Assembly (NCBI RefSeq): GCF_033022775.1
Contig: NZ_JAWJZI010000003.1
Span: 441,185 to 465,184 of the forward strand
DNA: 24,000 bases
Reading direction: 5' to 3'
Source of the DNA: Photobacterium rosenbergii
GTDB taxonomy: Bacteria > Pseudomonadota > Gammaproteobacteria > Enterobacterales > Vibrionaceae
The translations under genes were made by a program, and so were the position numbers. Each line of letters starts with the position of its first letter. The first letter of the stretch is position 1. Below the pieces are notes generated by a model. The model saw only the letters and a list, made by a program, of their open reading frames with translations. It had not been told where the DNA came from and ran no database searches. Below, one piece after another: positions 1 to 8,193 of the stretch.

Positions 1-1
1 A

Positions 2-1426
2 GGTGCCGCCGCTGGTGCGGGCTTTGTACTAGGCCGAGATCCGGATGCCAATGTCGGCTGGGGGCGCACCGAAGCAGGCAAGGACATGTATTTCAACCGC
101 GAGCCTTTTCGGGTAGATGTTGCCCCAACGATGGAAGTGGTCAGTGAGCCAGTCCGTCCTGAATGGAGCGACTTCCTGTTCCACCGCACCCGCGCATTGG
201 GTAAAGAAATGGGCAATGGCTGGGTACCGACCAGAGATTGGCGTGATATTCCCAATGAGCAAGTACGCGAGTATTACTCCCGCCACCCTGAGCGCTGGGA
301 TGACATGTACCAGTCATTCGAGGAGAAAGCCAAGCACGATCAGAATATCGAACAGCACCGAGACCGATTTGCCTTGGCGTGGGCCTATTCTGCAGCTTAC
401 CTGAAAGGTAACAGCAGCAACTTCCCGCCAAAACCCAAAGGGCATCCTGAGGAGGTCGATTTCCAATGGGTAAAACGTGAGCCTCAGCCCTTTAAATCGC
501 CTAAGCACGCGTCTGAGCTTATCAAGAAGATGGCGTTCAAATTCGGCATGAGTATTGTCGGCATCACCAAGCTTGATCCGAGCTTCGTGTTCAAAAACAC
601 CATGCGCGGCATGCCAGGCTGGGACGAAAGCATTCCGAAGCATTGGAAGAATGTAATCATCTTCGGTACTCCCATGAACTGGGATCCGATGTACGCATCT
701 ATCGGTTACTCTACCTCCTATGATGGTTACTTCCGTGCTAAGAATGCCTCAGGATTAATGGCTGCCTTCCTTGGAGAACTAGGTTATGCAGCCCGCCCAC
801 AATGGCCGGGCTCAGACTACGAAATAGTCGTGCCTCCGTTGGCTATCCAAGCTGGAATGGGCGAAGCCGCCCGAAACGGGATCTTACTGACCCCAGAACT
901 AGGACCCAATATCCGCCTAGCCGCTGTGATCACCGATCTGGATCTAGAGCCAGACAAACCTATCGATACCAAAGTGAAGCACTTCTGTGAAGAGTGCAAA
1001 ATCTGTGCTGATTCCTGCCCGAGTGGTTCAATCAGCAAAGCCGACAAACCGGATGCCGTGGTTCGGGGCTACCGCAAGTTCGATTTCAATCAAGACAGCT
1101 GTTGGACCATGTGGCGTCAAGGTCCGACCGAAACCGCTATGGGGTGCCGGGTTTGTATCGCGGTCTGTCCATATACCCGAAAGAACAACTGGATCCATGC
1201 ACTGGTCAAGGAAACCGATCCACGCGATCCAACCGGGCTAACGCGTAAGACGCTATTAGCAATGCAGCATAATTTCTTCTACTACCCAGAGGCAGAAGCT
1301 TATCACGGCGACTGGAACGGCGGTCGATTTGCCGGCTACCATCAGCCCCCGGAATGGCTACGTAGTGAGGAATACCTCAAGGTCGAGAAGACATGGGACT
1401 ACGACGGTAACTGGGAGGGCTTCTAA
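2..1426 (+). CDS. rdhA: Reductive dehalogenase-like catalytic subunit (RdhA family), 5'-partial; the start lies left of the window
   Basis: Frame 2 is open from nt 2 into the listed ORF 86..1426. It reads GAAAGAGFVLGRDPDANVGW..., an Ala/Gly-rich hydrophobic stretch like the h-region of a Tat signal, so the M at 86 is probably internal. The C-terminal third has CEECKICADSCP (C-x2-C-x2-C-x3-CP, nt 986-1021) and C-x14-CRVCIAVCP (nt 1100-1170). This is the two Fe-S motif arrangement typical of RdhA. About 475 aa are visible. The rdhB- and rdhC-like genes lie immediately downstream. Confidence 0.7.
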   Translation, partial: GAAAGAGFVLGRDPDANVGWGRTEAGKDMYFNREPFRVDVAPTMEVVSEPVRPEWSDFLFHRTRALGKEMGNGWVPTRDWRDIPNEQVREYYSRHPERWDDMYQSFEEKAKHDQNIEQHRDRFALAWAYSAAYLKGNSSNFPPKPKGHPEEVDFQWVKREPQPFKSPKHASELIKKMAFKFGMSIVGITKLDPSFVFKNTMRGMPGWDESIPKHWKNVIIFGTPMNWDPMYASIGYSTSYDGYFRAKNASGLMAAFLGELGYAARPQWPGSDYEIVVPPLAIQAGMGEAARNGILLTPELGPNIRLAAVITDLDLEPDKPIDTKVKHFCEECKICADSCPSGSISKADKPDAVVRGYRKFDFNQDSCWTMWRQGPTETAMGCRVCIAVCPYTRKNNWIHALVKETDPRDPTGLTRKTLLAMQHNFFYYPEAEAYHGDWNGGRFAGYHQPPEWLRSEEYLKVEKTWDYDGNWEGF

Positions 1427-1743
1427 TGTTTCCGCAATCAACAATTTTGGACCCATTGTTCTGGATGGCTTTCGGTGCCTTGCAAGTACTGGTCTTTTCC
1501 GGGGCTAATCAGTGGGCCAAGCAATTCGAGTTAGGGATGAACTGGTGGAAATGGACACTGGTCGGCAGTTGGTGGGCTTCAATGATTCTCACCATTGCTG
1601 GGGCTTTCACCTTGCTGGGTGAAAACGAAGGCCTCGCAGGTTGGTACTTCCTCGGATTTGTCGGCACCGGGCTGATAATCGCTGGGGCTGTACTGCTCAG
1701 AATCCTTATCGCCTTGAAACCCAAGCAAGCCATCGAAAACTAA
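1426..1743 (+). CDS. rdhB: Small 3-TM membrane protein, RdhB-like anchor of the dehalogenase
   Basis: The protein is 105 aa with three predicted hydrophobic helices: ILDPLFWMAFGALQVLVFSGA, WTLVGSWWASMILTIAGAFTLLG and WYFLGFVGTGLIIAGAVLLRILIAL. It is translationally coupled to the upstream gene by a TAATG overlap at 1424-1428. The call rests on size, topology and position rather than a recognisable sequence signature. Confidence 0.55.
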   Translation: MFPQSTILDPLFWMAFGALQVLVFSGANQWAKQFELGMNWWKWTLVGSWWASMILTIAGAFTLLGENEGLAGWYFLGFVGTGLIIAGAVLLRILIALKPKQAIEN

Positions 1744-1778
1744 TCCAGATATTTAATCGATCACATAGGAAAAGGGCC

Positions 1779-3095
1779 ATGAGACATCTAACCGGTGCCT
1801 CATGGCTTTGGAGATATATGGAAAGAAAAACCAAACCCCGGCGCAATAACAACTTTGACAAGTTTGTCAGTGTATTTTCAATCTTGGCCTTGGCGTTTGC
1901 GTGGTATCTAGGCGGGCAACGCAGCAACCACTCCCAAACCCAGTTCTTCGACAGCATCCTCACCAGTGACGAACAGCTTATCGAAGCTGCTCCCCAGCTC
2001 TATCGGATCGCAACGGCTATTGAGAGCGCCCCAGAGTCAGAAACAACACAAGCCTCCAGCAAGTGGGTCAGCTTCGGCAAAGGTGTTGGCTACGGTGGTG
2101 AACTTACCGTTGGTGCGGTATTTACCCCACACGGCGATATTGAGACCATCGCTTTACTGAGTTCGAAAGAGACAACTTCTTATTTTGACAAAGTGGTCGA
2201 ACAGAAGCTTCCCGAATCATTGCTCGAGAAGAATATCAAAACAGCGCTAACGGCCGATGCAGTAACCGGTGCAACCCTGACTTCGGAAGCCTACATCCAG
2301 GCAATAAACCAAGCATCCGATCCTGTTCGCATGGCGCTTTTTGGGTACCAGTTCAGCGAAGCAAAGCCTGCCTGGCAATATATAAAATGGCTCGATGCCG
2401 CAGCGTTGGTGTTCTTCATTGCCGCTGTCTGGGTTAACCGTACCCGCTCTGAGCATAAAGCCAAAATAAATGCGACCTTGCTGGCTGGCTCTACCCTGAT
2501 ATTTGGTTTCTACTCGGCATCACTCTACTCGGCTTCCACCATGGGGAGCTTGGTGTTAGGGACATGGGTCAGCGGTGTCGCCAGTTACACCCCGTTTATT
2601 CTTCTGGTGCTCAGTATCGGCTATATCCTTTACTACAACCGTAACGTGTACTGCCAAAGCCTGTGCCCATTTGGCGCCGTGCAGCAGTGCCTAGCCAAGG
2701 TGGGTAAGGCAAAGGCATCACCTCTGCGCCAATCTTTTTTTATCTGGTTCCCGCGGTTCTTGCTACTCGCCACGCTTTGCCTTGGTGCCTACTACCGAAA
2801 CCCTGCCGCTTTCGTCTACGAGCCGTTCGGTATCGCCTTTGGCATGATTGGCGGCATGTATCTGTTTATCCTCACTGTGATGATCCTCCTAACATCGTTG
2901 ATCGTTCGTCGTCCGTGGTGCCAAAGCTTGTGTCCGATCAATACCTTGACCGACTTTGTCGTATTCAATAAACACTGGTTCAAACAACTGGCTAAGCCAA
3001 AGCGTGCCAAACAGAAGTACCGTCCAGAGACATCAGGCAAAAGAATTCCTACCAAAAATGTACCGGTAAGAGAACACGAAGAGGAAGCCTTATGA
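1779..3095 (+). CDS. rdhC: NosR/NirI/PceC-like FMN-binding polytopic membrane protein (RdhC-like)
   Basis: An FMN_bind-type motif DAVTGATLTSEAY sits at nt ~2255-2290, after one N-terminal TM helix. About 5 further TM helices follow, with two CQSLCP (C-x3-CP) motifs at nt 2652-2669 and 2919-2936, as in NosR/NapH/PceC proteins. The start was chosen at ATG 1779 (AGGAAAAGGG upstream); ATG 1818 (GGAG upstream) is an alternative. The listed ORF start at 1641 overlaps rdhB and is rejected. Confidence 0.72.
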   Translation: MRHLTGASWLWRYMERKTKPRRNNNFDKFVSVFSILALAFAWYLGGQRSNHSQTQFFDSILTSDEQLIEAAPQLYRIATAIESAPESETTQASSKWVSFGKGVGYGGELTVGAVFTPHGDIETIALLSSKETTSYFDKVVEQKLPESLLEKNIKTALTADAVTGATLTSEAYIQAINQASDPVRMALFGYQFSEAKPAWQYIKWLDAAALVFFIAAVWVNRTRSEHKAKINATLLAGSTLIFGFYSASLYSASTMGSLVLGTWVSGVASYTPFILLVLSIGYILYYNRNVYCQSLCPFGAVQQCLAKVGKAKASPLRQSFFIWFPRFLLLATLCLGAYYRNPAAFVYEPFGIAFGMIGGMYLFILTVMILLTSLIVRRPWCQSLCPINTLTDFVVFNKHWFKQLAKPKRAKQKYRPETSGKRIPTKNVPVREHEEEAL

Positions 3096-3316
3096 GACAG
3101 CGCATTTCGCTTATTTTTTACTGCTTGGCCTCTGTAGTTATCGTGCTACATATCGGCTCGAACCTGATGACATTGGGCAGTGCGGATCACCAGCACACTG
3201 TATTGCACTCAGTAACTCGCCAAACCGAAGCGCAGACTAAGATCGTTGAACAAAGCACAGCACCAACAGTCGATTTCCAGCAGATGGCAAAAGATCTAAC
3301 CCAAGAAAAGTACTAG
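3092..3316 (+). CDS. Hypothetical 74-aa single-pass membrane protein with a His-rich stretch (SADHQHTVLH)
   Basis: An ATGA start/stop overlap with the rdhC-like gene (3092-3095) is preceded by GAGGAAG 4 nt upstream. The N-terminus is positively charged (MRQR) and is followed by one TM helix (ISLIFYCLASVVIVLHIGSNLM) and a hydrophilic tail. I recognise no family. Confidence 0.45.
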   Translation: MRQRISLIFYCLASVVIVLHIGSNLMTLGSADHQHTVLHSVTRQTEAQTKIVEQSTAPTVDFQQMAKDLTQEKY

Positions 3317-3325
3317 AAGAAAATA

Positions 3326-4198
3326 ATGACAACCAAGTGTATCCCCCTCGAGCGGCTGAAAAGAGAAGTGAACCTGATCAATCCGTTCATTAACAAGATT
3401 TCAGATCTCTATTCAGTGAGGGGGCTAGACGTCGTTTCCCGGCCACATCGACTAAACTTCAGTGCCTTAATCTACATAACAGAAGGGCAAGGTCTGCACT
3501 ACGTCGAACACCAACAGCACCGGCTGCGGACCGGCTCCATGCTAGTATTGGGCAAAAACCAGATCCACGCTTTTGCCAAAGAGCGCTCAGTCGATGGCTA
3601 CGTGCTGTCGTTTGATTGCAGCTTCCTATCGAACGGCAGTAACGACCCTTACTTTGATCTATTGCTTTCCGCTATGGTCCACATCAACTGCGTACATCAT
3701 GCCGACGAAGATATCGGGCCGCTTTTCAGTGCGATGGTCAATGAATTCGAATCAACGTCCGAGTTCAAAGACGAAATTATTCGTAACCTGATCCGCTCAA
3801 TCATACTCAAGGCGGTTGTTCCCAGCTATCAGCACCAGAAGCAATCATCCCAACGCATCGGCAACAACGACTACTACCGACTGAAGAAATATATCGATGA
3901 GCATTTTCAGGACAGACCAACCGCTGGCGACATCGCTCTGGCTTTGGGCAAAAGCACCAAACAGTTGGATAAGCTAGCCAAAGATCATGCTGGTCTTAGC
4001 GTCAAAGAATTGGTTGATGAAAGGGTACTGGTCGAAGCCAAACGCCTACTGGCTTTCAGTCAGTATTCGATTTCAGATATCGCAAACCGGCTTGGCTTCA
4101 ATGAAGCGACTAACATGACGAAGTTTTTCAAGCGCCATACCGATGTCAACCCGAAGGATTTCAGGCAACTGTGTAAAATAGGGCTACACCAAAAATAG
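3326..4198 (+). CDS. AraC/XylS-family transcriptional regulator
   Basis: The protein is 290 aa. The N-terminus is cupin-like (ALIYITEGQGLHYVEHQQHRLRTGSMLVLGKNQIHAF). The C-terminus has the AraC dual HTH (ISDIANRLGFNEATNMTKFFKRHTDVNPKDFR). It starts 10 nt after the preceding ORF on the same strand. Confidence 0.85.
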   Translation: MTTKCIPLERLKREVNLINPFINKISDLYSVRGLDVVSRPHRLNFSALIYITEGQGLHYVEHQQHRLRTGSMLVLGKNQIHAFAKERSVDGYVLSFDCSFLSNGSNDPYFDLLLSAMVHINCVHHADEDIGPLFSAMVNEFESTSEFKDEIIRNLIRSIILKAVVPSYQHQKQSSQRIGNNDYYRLKKYIDEHFQDRPTAGDIALALGKSTKQLDKLAKDHAGLSVKELVDERVLVEAKRLLAFSQYSISDIANRLGFNEATNMTKFFKRHTDVNPKDFRQLCKIGLHQK

Positions 4199-4221
4199 CC
4201 CCGTACTAAAAACGTTAAGGC

Positions 4222-5166
4222 TCAAACTTGCCCATTGAACTGGTTGATAATCAGCTCCCTGAGCCATTTATGGCTCGGATCGCTGTCGAACTGTTTGTTC
4301 CACAGCAAGAACTGGCCACCAGGCTCGAGGTCGAGCGGTAAGCGCTTTACCACGATATCGGCGCTATCGACAAACTCCCGAACACACTCATAAGGGTATG
4401 TAGTGAGTAAGTCACTCTTTTCACACATCCTTACTGCACTGGCAATGTCCGACATGTTCACCGCATTGTCGAGCTTGAGGCGCTTAGCCTCCAGCACTTC
4501 ATGAAGCAGCCAAGTATTCACTCCGCCAGTAACCACTTGGATATGGCGGTATTTTAAAAACGTTTCTAGGCTCCACTCCTCCTGCAAAGCTGGATGACCT
4601 TTGCGCATCACACAAGAAGAAGCATCCCGCAATAACTCGACATAACTGAGCGAGTCTGGAATCGTCTGAACATGGGTTTTCGCCCGGCCATCCCACTCGA
4701 AAATGCCGATGCCAAAGTCCACTTCCCTTCTTTGCAGGCGCTGGATACTGTTTTCGTTCCAATCGCGGCTGTTGATACTGATATTCGGTGCTTCGGCTAG
4801 CGCCTCAGGCAGAAACCGCGGGTAAATGGTCGAGTAAGCCGTTTCAATCAGGTCGATATTAAATGTACGGGTGCTACTTTCCGGCTCGAACCGATCGGGA
4901 TCGCTGAGCTGATCAACCTGCAGCAAAATCTGTTGCAGCTTGGTTTCCAGAGACAAGGCTTTCGGTGTCGGCAGCAAGCCTTTAGATTCCCGTTCAAATA
5001 ATGGGTCATCAAACACTTGGCGCAACTTTGTCAGCTGTTTGCTCACTGCAGACTGTGACAAGTACAGCTTATCTGCTGCCCGGCTAACACTGCGCTCTTG
5101 CAATAACACATACAGGCAAATCAACAGATTCATATCATTTTTTAACAGGCGGGATAAATCGATCAT
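4222..5166 (-). CDS. LysR-family transcriptional regulator
   Basis: The N-terminal HTH reads DMNLLICLYVLLQERSVSRAADKLYLSQSAVSKQLTKLRQVFDDPLFER. The start is assigned to ATG at 5166, preceded by AAAGGAA 4 nt upstream, rather than the TTG at 5184 used by the ORF track. It is divergent from the acetyltransferase gene. Confidence 0.85.
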   Translation of the reverse strand: MIDLSRLLKNDMNLLICLYVLLQERSVSRAADKLYLSQSAVSKQLTKLRQVFDDPLFERESKGLLPTPKALSLETKLQQILLQVDQLSDPDRFEPESSTRTFNIDLIETAYSTIYPRFLPEALAEAPNISINSRDWNENSIQRLQRREVDFGIGIFEWDGRAKTHVQTIPDSLSYVELLRDASSCVMRKGHPALQEEWSLETFLKYRHIQVVTGGVNTWLLHEVLEAKRLKLDNAVNMSDIASAVRMCEKSDLLTTYPYECVREFVDSADIVVKRLPLDLEPGGQFLLWNKQFDSDPSHKWLRELIINQFNGQV

Positions 5167-5296
5167 GATATTCCTTTGATTCAACTGTTTGATGAGTAAA
5201 TGTCACTTCTAATCATATCATGGTGCCGCTATAGTGCTTGCTAGGATCTACCAAAGGCTGTTCAACCGGCCCAATTTAAAACAGATTGGAAAGACA

Positions 5297-5860
5297 ATGA
5301 CCGAATTCGAAAAAATGCTTGCTGGTGAAGACTTTGACGGCGACGACCAAGGGATTAATGAGATTCGTAATAATGCAGCGCATCTATTGATGACCCTTAA
5401 CCAAACGATTGATGATACCCAGCGCAGCGAACTACTGAGTGAGCTAATGGGTGACATGCCGGCCTCAAGTATCATTCGTTCTCCTTTCCACTGCGAATTC
5501 GGTAAAACCATCTTCATCGGCGAACAGACATTCCTCAATATGAATGTCACCATGCTGGACGGCGCAAAGATCACCATAGGTAACAATGTGCTGATCGGCC
5601 CGAATACCCAGTTCTACTGCGCAAGCCACTCGCTTGATTATCGAGAGCGCCGCAAGTGGGCGACTATCTGCAAGCCTATTACTGTTGAAGATGATGTTTG
5701 GATTGGTGGTAACGTCGTGATTAACCAAGGTGTGACCATCGGTGCCCGTTCAGTGATTGCCGCCAACTCGGTAGTCAACTCAGACGTACCGCCAGATAGC
5801 CTCTTTGGCGGAACACCTGCCAAACTGATCCGCCGTATTCACGAAAATGAACAAGACTAA
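5297..5860 (+). CDS. maa: Maltose/galactoside O-acetyltransferase-like hexapeptide-repeat enzyme
   Basis: The N-terminus MTEFEKMLAGE and the hexapeptide region (ITIGNNVLIGPNTQFY...DDVWIGGNVVINQGVTIGARSVIAANSVV) resemble E. coli Maa along the full length as I recall it. The start is at ATG 5297, with GGAAAG upstream. The ORF-track start at 5234 adds 21 unlikely residues. Confidence 0.8.
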   Translation: MTEFEKMLAGEDFDGDDQGINEIRNNAAHLLMTLNQTIDDTQRSELLSELMGDMPASSIIRSPFHCEFGKTIFIGEQTFLNMNVTMLDGAKITIGNNVLIGPNTQFYCASHSLDYRERRKWATICKPITVEDDVWIGGNVVINQGVTIGARSVIAANSVVNSDVPPDSLFGGTPAKLIRRIHENEQD

Positions 5861-5881
5861 ACAAACACTGGGTAAGCAGAC

Positions 5882-6436
5882 ATGAGCAGTGAACACTTCA
5901 AAGGAAAGTATGAAGTCGAGTTGAAGTACCGTGTGGGAGCAAAAACTGAGTTTTTACAGGTACTCAGCTCGCTCCCCCATGAAGTCATGTTGCTCGATAA
6001 TACAGAGACCGATTGGTACTTCGATACCCCAGAGCATTCACTGGGCGCCCAAAACAAGAGTGTGTCTATTCGGGAGATGGAGCCTTATGGCATCAAGTTA
6101 TGGATAGTCAAAGGGCCAGAGGCTGACCGCTGCGAAGCCACCAATATTACCGATGCAAAAGCAGCTAAAAGCATGCTGGCGAACATGGGCTATGAGCCGT
6201 ATTTGGTGATGAAGAAAGTGCGCAGCATTTACTTTGTCGGCCAATACCACATTACCTTAGATTTCCTCGAAGGCATCGGTCACTTTGCAGAATTCGCTAT
6301 CATGACCGATGATGAAGCGCTTCTTGCAAGGTATAAAGGCGAGCTTGAACAACTGGCTAGTCAGTTTGGGCTGACGGACGGGGATCTTGAGCATCGTTCA
6401 TACCGGACGCTGTATCAGATGCAATCAACACTCTAG
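5882..6436 (+). CDS. cyaB: CYTH-domain class IV adenylate cyclase (CyaB-like)
   Basis: The protein is 184 aa. The N-terminus MSSEHFKGKYEVELKYRV carries the ExExK CYTH signature. IKLWIVKGPEADRCEATNI and SIYFVGQYHITLDFLEGIGHFAEFAIMTDD closely resemble the Yersinia and Aeromonas class IV cyclases as I recall them. Confidence 0.8.
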   Translation: MSSEHFKGKYEVELKYRVGAKTEFLQVLSSLPHEVMLLDNTETDWYFDTPEHSLGAQNKSVSIREMEPYGIKLWIVKGPEADRCEATNITDAKAAKSMLANMGYEPYLVMKKVRSIYFVGQYHITLDFLEGIGHFAEFAIMTDDEALLARYKGELEQLASQFGLTDGDLEHRSYRTLYQMQSTL

Positions 6437-6449
6437 CCAAATATATTTG

Positions 6450-6854
6450 CTACAACTTCGGCTTGAGCTCCACCACATTCCCTTCGGGATCTTGGATATA
6501 GAGCGAGCGGCCAAAGCCTTCGGCGCCATAGCGTTCGGCAAAGCCTTCGCAAGGAATGTTATGCTGGGATAAATAGTCAAGCAGTGCTTGCTCTGAAACA
6601 GGCACGATCTGCAGACAAAAATGATCGAGGTTACGACCATCTTGGCTGGGCGGCTTACCGCCTAACTGGCCAAGTTGGCTATCAACGGTAACTAAGTCAA
6701 TCAACGCACTACCCGCTCGCAGTTGTACCAACCCCATCTCCTTGGGCAGTTCACGCTCCAGCTTTGCACCTAACACCTGGCAATAAAAATGCAGCATGTC
6801 AGACAGTTTGGTGGTTCTAAGCACTACATGGTCAATCCCTTCGAGTTTTATCAT
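6450..6854 (-). CDS. VOC (glyoxalase/bleomycin-resistance/dioxygenase) family protein
   Basis: The pattern MIKLEGIDHVVLRT...LDHFCLQI...GRSLYIQDPEGNVVELK is typical of single-domain VOC proteins. The start is assigned to the M at 6854; the ORF-track start at 6893 adds 13 aa. Confidence 0.75.
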   Translation of the reverse strand: MIKLEGIDHVVLRTTKLSDMLHFYCQVLGAKLERELPKEMGLVQLRAGSALIDLVTVDSQLGQLGGKPPSQDGRNLDHFCLQIVPVSEQALLDYLSQHNIPCEGFAERYGAEGFGRSLYIQDPEGNVVELKPKL

Positions 6855-6963
6855 CGCCGATCCCGTTACCCTGTCATTGATACCCACAAACACACATAGT
6901 TAATGATTTTCGCTTTTTCTTAGTATGAGCATTTCACTTTTAGTCTAATCAGTGTGGCCTAAG

Positions 6964-8193
6964 TTAAAAATTCCAGCGAATCTGGGCAAATAGTAAGGTG
7001 CTGGCAGTTTCACCGAACAAGCTATTACCGTTGCCGTCAAAGCGCTGGATAACCCCAAGCAATTGCCAATCATCTGCCAGCGAGTAGCTATTACTGGCGC
7101 CGACAAAGTACGACCCATCATCATAATAGGAGGCAGAGAGCGTCAGGCGGCTAAGGGGGGTAACATCCAGGCTAGCATCGGCATACGCCGTCCAACGGGT
7201 AAAACTCAATGTTCTGGCTGTTAGCGGCAAGTTCAAAAAGGCAATGGCATTTTGTGGGCCTTGCGGGTTAGAGATATATAGCACAGCACCGCGAGCCATC
7301 CAGTTGCGCTGGCCACCGAAGCTGTAATCCGTTTCGAGGGTGGCAACCGCTGTGTGTTCAAGCTCTTCATCTTGCCATTGCTCTTTGGTCGGTTCAAACC
7401 AAGTGAACTCCCCCCTGACACCTGCGCCTTGGACATCTCCGGCAAAACCTGCCCCGACAATAGTATCCAGCAGCGATTTTCCGACTAGCAGTTGATAATC
7501 CCACCCCTTGTGATTAAACAAGTAGCGCCCTGCATAACTGTTCAAATCACTGTCGGAATTTGGGTTAACGACCACATCGGCCGAGCTGGCAAAGCCAAGT
7601 TTGCGACTAACCATAACGGCGTCGCTGCCTGCCCGCTCTTCATAGTCAAAATCATAGATAGAATAGGAATTGAAAATATCGTTCGGGTTCCACAAAGTAG
7701 CCATTGCCCAGTTTATGCGAAAACGGCCGCCACGAACCTGCCAGTCATCGCGCTGCCAATTGACATACAGGCGATCAAACTGGCTGTTCCCCACCACGCC
7801 TTTCTTGTCCAGCCAGTTTTTCGACAAGTCCATATACCCAGTATCTATCGCCACCAGATCGCCATAGCCGGGCAGCTCTGCCGTATCGCCAAACAGTAAG
7901 CGGTTGCGCATCCCAGCATTGAAACGCAGATGTTCATTGAAGCGATATTCGAAGTTGAAGCGCTGGTGAATAAGGTGGTCAAGTCCGTTCGAGCCACCGT
8001 CTGGCAATGTCCCGGTTGCCATATACTTGACGTAGCCGTTGAGATCCCAGTCTTTTTCAGGCTCTAACCCCGGGATCTGGGCATTAGCCACCGGAGATAT
8101 CACGCCCAGCAAAGCAACTGCAGAAACTGAAACTATCCGTAATAGTCTTTTTTCGTACTCTCCCGCTACCACACCCTGTTTTATCCAGTTCAC
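6964..8193 (-). CDS. Putative outer-membrane beta-barrel protein, last gene of the tetR/LolA-like/ABC operon
   Basis: A signal peptide (LLRIVSVSAVALLGVISPVANA-QIP) is present. The sequence has many alternating amphipathic stretches and a C-terminal aromatic residue (IRWNF), typical of OMP barrels. The GTG start at 8193 overlaps the ATPase stop (GTGA). The family is not recognised. Confidence 0.6.
   Translation of the reverse strand: MNWIKQGVVAGEYEKRLLRIVSVSAVALLGVISPVANAQIPGLEPEKDWDLNGYVKYMATGTLPDGGSNGLDHLIHQRFNFEYRFNEHLRFNAGMRNRLLFGDTAELPGYGDLVAIDTGYMDLSKNWLDKKGVVGNSQFDRLYVNWQRDDWQVRGGRFRINWAMATLWNPNDIFNSYSIYDFDYEERAGSDAVMVSRKLGFASSADVVVNPNSDSDLNSYAGRYLFNHKGWDYQLLVGKSLLDTIVGAGFAGDVQGAGVRGEFTWFEPTKEQWQDEELEHTAVATLETDYSFGGQRNWMARGAVLYISNPQGPQNAIAFLNLPLTARTLSFTRWTAYADASLDVTPLSRLTLSASYYDDGSYFVGASNSYSLADDWQLLGVIQRFDGNGNSLFGETASTLLFAQIRWNF

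Noticed and set aside
86-1426. Alternative call of the first ORF as epoxyqueuosine reductase (QueG) or a generic ferredoxin-domain protein
   Set aside because: This is not fully excluded. However, QueG is cytoplasmic and stand-alone. Here the frame continues upstream into a Tat-like hydrophobic stretch, and the gene is coupled to an RdhB-sized 3-TM protein and a PceC/NosR-like flavoprotein, which favours RdhA.
1641-1778. N-terminal 46-aa extension of the rdhC-like ORF, overlapping rdhB
   Set aside because: The extension is Arg/His-rich, overlaps the well-formed 3-TM gene in another frame and has no SD. ATG 1779 has an AGGA-type SD and begins just before the first TM helix.
5167-5296. Search for a LysR T-N11-A box in the LysR/maa divergent region (e.g. 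TCAA-N4-TTGA, and a direct TTTGAT repeat at 5176-5193)
   Set aside because: Only 4-bp dyads were found, which are too short to distinguish from chance. No feature is called.
6432-6450. AT-rich imperfect palindrome TAGCCAAATATATTTGCTA spanning the convergent cyaB and VOC stop codons
   Set aside because: The stem is weak, bulged and almost all A-T, with no T-tract. It is unlikely to be a functional terminator, and it may just reflect the two stop regions.
7492-7899. 135-aa plus-strand ORF inside the OMP gene
   Set aside because: This is an antisense shadow ORF. The minus-strand product has a signal peptide and a C-terminal barrel signature.
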